DNA of 63,502 nucleotides, the filler included, from Phoronis australis (Eukaryota > Animalia > Phoronida): the NCBI GenBank assembly GCA_002633005.1. It is 8 parts of 8 records of this genome, joined end to end, with 100 filler letters (N's around TTAATTAATTAA, not from the genome) between each part and the next. Parts side by side here need not be neighbours in the genome. Positions count along the whole stretch, not along the records: positions 31,939 to 39,853 come from NMRA01000589.1; positions 39,954 to 60,622 come from NMRA01001180.1; 6 more parts are not named here. The stretch is one strand, 5' to 3'. Made by a program: the position numbers and the translations under genes. Under the pieces are notes generated by a model. The model was not told where the DNA came from and did no database searches. It saw only the letters and a list, made by a program, of their open reading frames with translations. Within the stretch, counting starts at the first letter, position 1, and each line of letters opens with the position of its first letter. Shown piece after piece: positions 39,291 to 49,639 of the stretch.

Positions 39291-39953
39291 TCACATTTAG
39301 TGGAAGAACCTACAATATCGGCATTTTTATCATTCGCTTCAAACTTGAATAGATGGTTTTTAACATGTATTTGGGACAATCCTGAAAAGGGAATAGTTGC
39401 GAACGTTTGCAACTATTGAGTCGATATGTTAATAATGAAAGCGCTCTGAGGAGCGAAACTTGGCGAAATTAACCAAAAAAACACGTTTGAGAGGACGAGA
39501 AAAGACGACGACAGAGATGATGACGAAGATGACAGCTATGACGATGGAGGCGATAATGAACAACCCTAGTTATGATATCATTCATATAACGAACGTAGAG
39601 GTCAGAAATCACTAAGACATAGGCTACAGTCTTGAGCGACACTTGGCGAAATTAACTGAAGAAAAGACGACGTCGGAGATGATGTGGGGCATGTTCACAC
39701 GGTTTCAATCGCTCTGGTGTCGCATTTTTTATGGGAAGAGCAAATGACGTGAATTTTTGCATGTGGATTCCTTGAAGTATGGCCTTTCAAAAAGTCTGCG
39801 AGAGCGTATTTCTCAGACTTACCGTTTTCGAGTTATTTGAATTTGAATTTCAANNNNNNNNNNNNNNNNNNNNNNNNNNNNNNNNNNNNNNNNNNNNTTA
39901 ATTAATTAANNNNNNNNNNNNNNNNNNNNNNNNNNNNNNNNNNNNNNNNNNNN

Positions 39954-40285
39954 GTCCCACCTGTTTACCTGGTCGGAAGATTATTTCACAGAGAAATCAC
40001 TTCTCCAAGGTAAACAGGCTGGAACATAAATTAAGGAAAAATCACTGAATGAAGCATCACCTAGGAATAAACATTCACACTGCCAATATACCTGGTCGGA
40101 AGATCATTTCACATGGAAATCACTTCTCCAAGGTAAGCAGGCATGATTATAAATCAAGTTCAAAATGGACAGGATGAAGAATCGTCCCACCTGTTTACCT
40201 GGTCGGAAGATCATTTCACAGAGAAATCACTTCTCCAAGGTCAACAGGCATGGACAGTCATACCTGGTTGGAACATCATTTCACA
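39954..40285. repeat. Cluster of ~60-nt hairpin repeats (3 near-full copies + 1 partial)
   Basis: Core cctgtttacctggtcggaagat(c/t)atttcacagagaaatcacttctccaaggtaaacagg at ~39960, ~40089, ~40190 and partial at ~40261; the two ends are complementary. Confidence 0.85.
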
Positions 40286-40464
40286 CACACATCATAAAAA
40301 GGCAAGATGACAAAATCACCTAAAGTTTAGCAGCGAAAAATCGCAACCAATTGTTATGGACAAGTACCAAAAATAAGAAAAAAAATAAGCAGTTTTTATA
40401 AAAAAATATAGGTAACTACCAAAAATTAAGCAGCTTTTATAAAAAAACTTGTTTGCCAACCCTT

Positions 40465-40782
40465 TTAACATTTGTGTGTATTACCCAACTTGTTTTTAAT
40501 AGCTTCCAATCTTCGCTTCAGAACTGTGTCCTCCATGAACTGAATATATAGTGGATCACAATGGTAATTCACTTTTTTCTGAACACTCGTGTATAACGGG
40601 GTGCTTTCGTTATCAGACTGGGAAGAACAGGTAGCTGATGATGTGTCAGATGTAGAAGAGTTATCCGGACACGAAGAAAATGCGCAGTTGCACCTGTGTT
40701 TTTTTTGTCTATTCTTCGCTCTCTTTTTTCGATTGGCTAATCGTCTATTTCTTAGCATATTTTCTTTCTTGTGCCGACCCAT
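40465..40782 (-). CDS. Orphan 105-aa basic/Ser-rich protein with probable spliced 5' UTR
   Basis: MGRHKKENMLRNRRLANRKKRAKNRQKKHRCNC...SSTSDTSS...YHCDPLYIQFMEDTVLKRRLEAIKNKLG; tttcAG acceptor 9 nt before the ATG and a GTAAGC donor near 41047. Confidence 0.55.
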   Translation of the reverse strand: MGRHKKENMLRNRRLANRKKRAKNRQKKHRCNCAFSSCPDNSSTSDTSSATCSSQSDNESTPLYTSVQKKVNYHCDPLYIQFMEDTVLKRRLEAIKNKLGNTHKC

Positions 40783-42715
40783 GGTACATGCCTGAAATAA
40801 AATATTCTGTTTAATCCAGAACCACAGAGTAGTGCTGTTTCTGTTGCATACACTTTGTCCAAACAAAGAGGCATTTATACCAAAACGTTCAAGATATATT
40901 TTTTTGCATCAAATAGCAACAGATGAGAAAAAGAGACAAATTCATTGTTTTAGGTATGATATTTTTTAACTAGAGAAAATCTATAAAAACATCACATCAA
41001 CTGTGTTGTTTTTTGATGAAACTGATGTTAGTGCTTGCAATGCTTACTCAGACGGATTACTGTCTACGAATGGCGTAGGTAAAAGCGTTCACGAACAGAA
41101 CGCAGTTGGGCTAATGAATTGGCGGCGAAGCACGGAAAAAAGTGGGTAGAGGGCTTAGGCCCCCTGTCCTCCTGTGGTGCTCCGCCTATAGACCATGGGC
41201 GGCGCAGCACTGAAAAAGTGGGGGCTATAATCCCCCAGCTCCCTATGATGCGCCGCCCATGTTAAATGATGAGTGTAAACATACATGTAGGTTTGTTTGC
41301 ATGTGGAATTGGGGGCAAGTTAACAATCAAAATTTAACAGTGGTTCAAATGACCAAATAGAGTTGAACAATTAATTATGCGATCAGATTCCCCTTTCCAA
41401 AGTTGCAAATCTCAATTTGAGTTCCTCAGCAGCGCTGCATTTTTATCAATTTATATGAAGTTACAACTCATTTAAAATTGTGCAAGTTGAGTCATCATGT
41501 CATTCCTTACCCTATTAGGTCCCTGATAGGTTTTTCATCAATCACTGGAAAGTATTGAACCTGAAAATTGATAAAAAGAAGTTATATGTATGTTTCATAA
41601 CTCACGTTCATTATCATGATATCCAACTTGATANAAGGACCAAATAGAGTTGAACAATTAATTATGCGATCAGATTCCCCTTTCCAAAGTTGCAAATCTC
41701 AATTTGAGTTTCTCAGCAGCGCTGCATTTTTATCAATTTATATGAAGTTACAACTCATTTAAAATTGTGCAAGTTGAGCCATCATGACATTCCTTACCCT
41801 ATTAGGTCCCTGATAGGTTTTTCATCAATCACTGGAAAGCATTAAACCTGAAAATTGATAAAAAGAAGTTATATGTATGTTTCATAACTCACGTTCATTA
41901 TCATGATATCCAACTTGATAGAAATGTGAAGAGAAAGTGTAGATTTCCAATAACAAAACAGGGTCAAAGAACCCTGGCAGAGGTTGAGCACCTATAAAGA
42001 TTCTCCGATAAGAGATGTGAGTGGGGATGAGCTGCCAACTACAAACTGGGGTCAGCGGCGAGGCTATTTTGCCATCTGAGGTATTGCATCGGTTGGGTAA
42101 TTAATGCTTTAGGCACCATCACATGGTTTCAGTTACTGTAGCAGATCTATTTATGAGGTTTTTACTGGAGAAAGTTGGTGTTTTCTAACAATACGTTGTA
42201 TCCAATTAGTTTCTGAAATTTAACTTCTCAGTAGCTCATCTCACTCCCGACCCATTACCTCGGAGGAAATATCTAAAAGTGGGCACAATAAATTTACTTG
42301 TGAGATACTATTGAGCTGTGACAGCAGCTAATCTGATATTATTTGTTCGTATAATATCCATGCACTCACAGATATTGAGGAGGTATTGCTTTAACAGTAC
42401 GTGTTTGTACAGAAACAGGTTCGAAGGTATTGCTAGATAATCACGAGAAAACTGTCAAACTAACGAATGACAAGATTCACTTCCCTTGTAGACAGTAATC
42501 ACTAGTTATGACATCTCATTTGCAGCATCAATTATTTAAAATCAATATACGAAAGAAAAAATTTATCATCATAGTTACACTACAAAATTACTTAGTCAAT
42601 AATATCTCACCTTTTTAGCTGCCTGAGCTGACTCAAAAGAAAACTTATGTCCGGCCAAAATTGCAGTTTTCAGTGACTGTAATGAGAACCGCGCTGCATG
42701 TATTTTGGCGGGACT

Positions 42716-43021
42716 TTAGAGAAATTGCGTAACACACATCTTCCCGCCATCCCGCTTCCAAAATACCATCTCATGCCTTGAAACAATTACAAGATCACCA
42801 ATCACTTCACAGTACTCCAGCAATTGTTTATAATTGTCCAGCACTCGAATTTCCGTTCCGAGTAAGACACACCACGTGATTGGCGTAATGGGACACTTTC
42901 CTTGGTCTTGAATCCCGTTCAACGTTTCTGTTAATAATTGTCAGGCCGTGTTATATAACAGAGCTGTCTTTGTTTTGCCCTCGAAGCATCTTGGGATGGT
43001 GTCTTTCTTTTTGACAGCCAT
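42716..43021 (-). pseudogene. Orphan ~101-codon ORF with a single internal TGA, head-to-head with the C14orf93-like gene
   Basis: aagATGGC start; MAVKKKDTIPRCFEGKTKTALLYNTA*QLLTETLNGIQDQGKCP...VFWKRDGGKMCVTQFL in one frame. Confidence 0.45.
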
Positions 43022-43857
43022 CTTGTCTATCATCATTCAAGGGTTAGTGTATTTTTGGTAAAATAATCCAGGCCAATCTAGCTAAAATCAAGTGTCATCT
43101 ACACATGTGTCGATGTGAGAGAAAAGCTCATCACCTACAGAATCAAGGTAAATCATTATTTTGCTAAGTTTTACACTTACACCATGTCTTTGTAATTGTT
43201 AAACTTGGGATCTCGCTATCCCTTTATTTTAAGGCTCTAAGCGTGTTCTTTGTGTAAAGTAGCACAATTAATTAATTGTATTTTCTGACTACATGTATAT
43301 CAGTATTTTCCCTGTGTTCCTGTGTGTTACAGCTCCGGGTATTTAGCGTGTTTTGTTGTGTTGCATTTTACTGAGTGCTAAGCGGGCGTTGCCCACAAGT
43401 TATTTTATTCTGTAGTAATGGCAACACTTAAATTTAGAGTTTGCTTTATTTAGGTTAAGACGATCCCTGAATATCTTCGTATGTACAAGATCACTTGGGC
43501 TAAAGTTGTGAGTTTCACATATTGTGTTTTCTATTAAATACGCAAATAATGTTCTTTGATAAATAACTTCCGACATGTCTGATATTATACTCTAGCCGAT
43601 AGCTTGTTTTTATACATAATGTAGCATACATGTAGTCCTACATTGATATATTTTGACACATTATAGATATTTGATATTTTAGTCAACTTAGTCTTACATT
43701 TCTTTATTTTTGTGAATCCAATCTTACTCTTGGTTTTAGTCTTATGTTGCTTTATTTTCTCGTGTTGTAGATTCACGGTTACTGCATCAGTGAATAATAA
43801 AGTCCTTTAAAGACAAACCCTCGTCATTTTATTCGAATACGCCGCGCAAAGTTAACA

Positions 43858-46800
43858 ATGTCGTCGCCAGAAACTTCAGACAACGATCTCCTCTCATCAA
43901 CTCCCCGAGCCAGCCCGGAGAAGGACGGCACTGTCGGTACGTCAGGTATGCACAGACAGAGGCCTGCGTTGCTTGGAAGGTTCACAGGCACTGCCAGTAA
44001 CAGCACAGATAGTCGACGCACTTCATCGCCAGCTACCGTCAGCAGCGTGGAGTCAAATTCAGACTCGGACTTCAGTGACACACCCTGCAGCGGCAGTGTG
44101 GTTCGTTCCAGAACAGCAACTAAAAAGCAGGTGAGAGGAAAACACATCTCCAACTTCGTTGAAATTTCATCGGCTCTTGTAGTTGGCCGCAAGCTTGTGT
44201 TCTGAGAGTTGAGTTCAACCATCATGAAGGCTTTAATTCCAGTGCGGTACTGTTTGAGACCTATTTAGGCATCGGGATGCCCCCTCTCGGGATTATTTAG
44301 GGCGATTATTGTCTCACACGGGCCATGTTAAGCATATGATTTCATTTTTGAAGTTTGTATTAGCTCTTGAAGGTCAGATGAAGTACCGCTATCTTATATT
44401 TACAGAGGCTGAACAAATCATGGCCAGGTTCACAACACGAAAGATGTAAGTACATCGCAAGTTTTTAGTGCTGCCTCAGACAGTAAACACTTGTTTAGCG
44501 CAGTGCTCTGATGTGTAACCATAGACTATGGTGTAACCAACAAATGCAATATATAGGCCTACTCACATTAGTAACGCAATACTACCTATATTGACCTACT
44601 CCTAATTCACTACACAGCAAGCCGTGCAAGTCTTGTTTTCATACAAATCACTTAATATACACTACTCAATAGTCTGTTTTGATGCGTTACGTGTGCTGTA
44701 GGCGTATGTGAAGCATGCTACAATTATTAGTTAATAATTGCAATAATTGAATGTTTAAGTAGATAGCCATTATATTAAAGACATTCATTTTTTATGATTT
44801 ATAATTTTTGTCAGTATAGTTCAGGTATTATGCCACTCCCTGCTTTTGATCTATTTCTTGTTTTTGTTTCCCACATGTAGCAAACAGAGAGTTGCTCGAA
44901 GAAATCCTTCGATCACAAAGTGCCATCCTGGATCGCCTGGAAAAACTGGAGGAGAAGCAAAAGAGCAGTCGAGGACATGATCACATTGTCGTCCCTCATG
45001 GCATAAGGGTAAATATACAGTGATTTGTTCACTTGTTTATAGGAACATCTAACATGTAAAGGGTGAAGAGTTATTTTTCTGTATTTTTTTTCAGATAGCG
45101 GTGAAAGACGGGTACAATGATGGCCTAAAGAGAGGTCTGTCGTGGGACTTAAATGGGTACGTTCAATATGATCCAGAAACTTATTACATAGCTGAGGATA
45201 TGAACTGGATATTTTTTTTATTCTTCACTGTCCACGAGATTTTTTCAAAAACTGTTTTAGGAAAAGGTGAATGTTAATTAAAGAACATCATTGTAATAAG
45301 TTACCATAAACAATGGTTAATTCTTTCGTAAAAATTCACTGCTGGTTCCATTGGGGTTTATGTCTCCTCTGACAGTAGGAAATAACTCATGACATTATTT
45401 GCAATGCATAGTAAGATACCTAATTGTACATTGTAAATATGATTATCATATAAGGTATTGTGATTTATTTCCTTTTGACACTCTTGATTGTAGTTACCGA
45501 ACCGTCCTTAATTGGAATAAACAATACATGAATATGTTGTTATGGTTTTTCATGGTATTTTTTTCAGAAAACCACACGGAGTTGAGAATGAGGTCATGTC
45601 GGGTCATGTTGATACATTTGTTAAAGGCCTACATGAGACTTCACAAGATGTGATCAATTGTGAGTGGTTGATGAACATTTGTCACAACATATTATTTTAA
45701 ATCAGCTGTCTGGCAAATCCTGCATGGACTAAGAGCAACAATAATTTCCAAGGACTAGGTGGTGTACAGATCATTTATATCACATTTTCGATACAATTTG
45801 ACAATGAACGTTATCAGCGTCTGCCTTTGAAAATTGTTATGTTAGCATGCAACCTCAACAATTTCAATTTTGTTTCAGTCAAATATATTTATGTCTGAAT
45901 TGGACACAACACAAGTTTACCACGGCATAAGATAATAGATTATGTACATGTAATAATGCTGGTCAGTGAGTGACGCCATTGAGCTTTCTGAACATATGAA
46001 TATTTCTGCGAACACACCTAAACCAATGACCTACAGAACCATTGGCCTGTAGTTCTACTGAACGTACTCATCTTTTGACATATTTCAGATCGTTCTCCAA
46101 TGGAGGCGTGAATGTCACTTTCATGTTGAGCAGGAACAGTATAAAGTTCAAGATTTTTATGCGCGGTGTCAATTGCTGTTTCATTATAGGTGCTATAGGA
46201 CGGTACTTTAAAACAAAGAAACAAGAGGCGACATTGAAGCGGAACAACCAATATGAAGCTTCAAAGATGAAGCGTGTTAAATACGAAAGGAAAAAGGAGG
46301 TAATCTTCAATTACAAGCTGTAATTTATTGTGAAATATTTTTGATGTCCAGTCAGTAAGTTACGTACTGTAAACATTTTCGTCTGCCACGTATGGCTGAT
46401 TTTCTCAAATTAAAGATAGCAAAGAAAATTCAACCATACGCAAGTTATTGATGGAGCATCGAAAATTATTTTCTGATATCTATCAAATTTTCATTTAAGC
46501 AGAATCACTTTTATATGTCTTTTCGAAACTCTGAAAAACACTTCGGTCGTTGAGACTAACACTGTATAGCAACTTTCCAAGCGACATGAGAAACTCATTG
46601 AATGATACGTATCAGCAAGTCCCATCAATCCTCTTGTAGTTGATGATGTATTTCCATTGTATTAAGAAAATACCATTTAATATTTCCTAAGATGAAGCAG
46701 ATGTACAAACCGTTCATGCATAGAAGTCTGTTATTTTTTGAAAATGTTATTCGTGGCTGAATTCAGTTTTTCAAACCCACCTGATAAGCCCATCTATTGA

Positions 46801-47381
46801 AATTTTAAATGTTCTTGTGAATTGCTAACAAAGTTGACCTCAAATTATACATGTATTTTATTTAAATGCCCCAAAACACCATTTTTCTGTTAAAAAAACA
46901 CCACCCGTAGCCAATCAGTTGTCTGTTTGAAACACTTATGAAAGGGCACAACCAATTGCAGCACAGGTAATTGCGGTGTATACAAGTAAAATCATACACT
47001 TGCCACTTGTTTTCGTTGTGATAAATGAAGTAAGTAAAGAATGATGAAATATTTGTTCTTTTCTTTTTCCAGAAAGCGAAGAGACGTCTAAAAGTGCTGG
47101 ACACAAAAAGTCATTGGCCTACAGAAAAGCGTGCGCAGATAAAACAACTACTATCTGTGAAATTCACCTCCTCTGATGAGGAGGGAGAAACTGGTTTTGT
47201 TAGTCACCCGCCCTCATGGGCGAGTGAAAAATTTAACAAAGTGAAGGCATCCCTGGACAAAGCCTTCTTAGAGACTTGCTCCACAAAGTCTCGCAGACTG
47301 TTACAGAAGAGAACAATTGGAGCAGTCTCTGAGGCGGCCTGCCCTGAGATGCCTGAATGTCTTAACTGGGCAAAGAAATAA
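43858..47381 (+). CDS. Intact 7-exon C14orf93-like (DUF4616-like) protein, 337 aa
   Basis: Exons 43858-44130, 44406-44445, 44881-45008, 45095-45156, 45568-45659, 46190-46299, 47073-47381; all introns GT-AG and phase-consistent (1014 nt). Motifs AIGRYFKTKKQE, FTSSDEE, VSHPPSWAS, LD, RTIGAVS-x4-P, W. Confidence 0.85.
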
Positions 47382-48559
47382 GTACATATGAAGATAAAAA
47401 TTTCCAATATTTTTATTATTATTTTTTATTCCTATTAAAATAAATACAGTATAGTTTCAATTTTGTATCCTAGCCAAAATTTAGTCTTAATGTTGCTTTG
47501 TCAAACCTACTCCGAATAAAATTCATGTTTTATAAAACTGAAACAAAACCTTTTATCGAAAATCTGCAGCAGTTTTTCATTTCACAGGTGTAATTTAAAC
47601 ACGTTTGTGGTTTGGCATGTCAACTCTCCATTGAAAATTCGTGTTCCAAAGATATTTTGTGTTTTTTTGGAAAAATCCATGGGAAATAGGAATTACCAAT
47701 AAATTAAATTTTTATGCCTTTTCGTATTCCCCTCTTAGTGCACATGCTAAGAATACATGCATGTACGTTTTACATGATTTTAAGTACTTATTAAGAATTG
47801 GATCCTGTTTCCATAACCTTAAAGAGTTTAATTTGATCTGAATAGCCAACCATAATTCAATATGACTTTGCTTTTGTATACTTTTTTCTTACGTTATTAT
47901 CATGCACGAACCCAGCCTTTATTATGGGGGGCTCGAATTCCCGATGTTGTGGACCTTTTGTTAACAAAAGAGCGGGCGGACTAAAAAAAAACAAAATTTG
48001 CGCGTTTGCGCTATTTAGTGGACTCGTACTTTTTGTCTCTCGGGGGCGGATCATTTTTTGCCCACTTTTGCCCCCCCTCCCCCCCTGGGTGCGCGCATGA
48101 GTTTTTAGGCTGCAAATGTATGTAGTGTATTTGTATAGCATTGGGGATAAGGCCGTCAGTATGTCAAAACACCATAATGCAATGTGAAAATTGTAGACTA
48201 CTTTTTCAAAGACATGGAAAAGCATTTTGTTCATACATGTATCTTAATAATTTATGTTGTGTATTAGGACCACTCATGTATATACAGCTTGGTACTGGTT
48301 CGGCACGCCTGTGTTATTTATGTCTCATCCTTGTATTGCTTCAATTTATAACGCTGTTAACTCTTGTTATGAACTCAGGTTTCAATTCTTTCTAACAAAT
48401 TCGGTGGGTGTCGTGCTTAGCAAACTGACGTTGACCAGTCAACCATTTAGTCACAAATGTAAAATACTGATGACACTGTCACTTAACTTGTGCATGATGT
48501 GTACACAAAATAAACTTATGAATTGCAAAAACGATGTTTTTAATTTACGTTTAAAGTTT

Positions 48560-48987
48560 GTAAAAGCCGCCTTTTGTAGCGGACAAAAGGATTAAGGTTG
48601 ATATTTCATCACCTTTTATAAAGGAAAGGCGAACTTTAAAGTGAAAACCAGTTGAAAAAGTTGGCATTTTATCACCTTTTTCTTAAAATGAAGATGAACA
48701 GTTCACTTCAGAAAAGCTGAAAAATGTGAAATTTCGTTGCATATTTTGTTTTAAAAAGGTCAACTTTTGAATGTGAAATATTAAAAAAGGCCATATTTTT
48801 TCGAATACAAAATATTACAAAAGGGAGCCTTTTGTACCTTTTGTTTCCATACAAAAGGTGTACACAATTTTAACTTTCGTACCTTTCTAATTTTTATAAA
48901 AGGTCACAAAAGTTTATGAAAAGGTGAACAAAATGTAGCCTTTTTATGACCTTTTGTGCCATACAAAATCCATTTTTTCGTGCAGTG
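48560..48987. mobile_element. Right end of a CACTA/EnSpm-like DNA transposon
   Basis: Dense AAAAGGT/ACCTTTT subterminal motifs in both orientations, ending ccattttttcgtgCAGTG (reverse complement CACTGCACGAAAAAATGG). Confidence 0.65.
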
Positions 48988-49639
48988 TTAAGTAACAAAA
49001 CCAACCAGTACCTCGATACATGCTCACCGCGTGCACCCTGTATGTCACTTAAGAGTGATTAGTTTAAACATTTCCAAAATGCAGAGAAATACAATTAAAC
49101 TTAAAATGGCGCAAAACACACTCGCCTAAAATTGAATTCCACGCGGATCGATTCACTAGTTTGGTAGGTGTTAAATCTGACCGTAAGCAACAAAAATAAA
49201 TCTCTAGTTAATTTTCTGTGGAGGACGTTGTCTAATCTTCAAAAATAATTTCACAAAAACCGTTCAACTCCTTTGGCGGTCCGACTTGGTAGCCAAAAAA
49301 TGTTTGCCACGAAGTATTGCAAATTTTTCTGAACATTGTGGGGTCTTAGGCATAGGAATCACGTTCCCGCCGGTCAGGAGGAGGCAACGGATGAGAGACA
49401 TCAAAACTTAGAGAAGAGGGAAAATTCAGAGTATTTGCCAACTGCCAGCTGTTAATTTGTCCTTTCAGGCCCTTAATGACCGGGACATTATTTTTAGGAG
49501 AGCCATTCTTTCAGCAAAGGTTGTCTAAGCTATTCAAAGTATCGTTTTAGCAGAACATATTGATTCATTGGATTTTGAAATAAAAACTGATCATTTCTTG
49601 TGTTATTCTTAAAATGAAATAAAAATTGAAAGAAAAATC

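Noticed and set aside
39954-40285. CRISPR-like array
   Set aside because: Eukaryotic context, repeats of ~60 nt, irregular spacers and no cas genes.
41349-41920. ~285-bp near-perfect tandem duplication; smaller case at ~19104-19190
   Set aside because: Copies meet at a single n and differ by a few SNPs, typical of unmerged haplotype overlaps.
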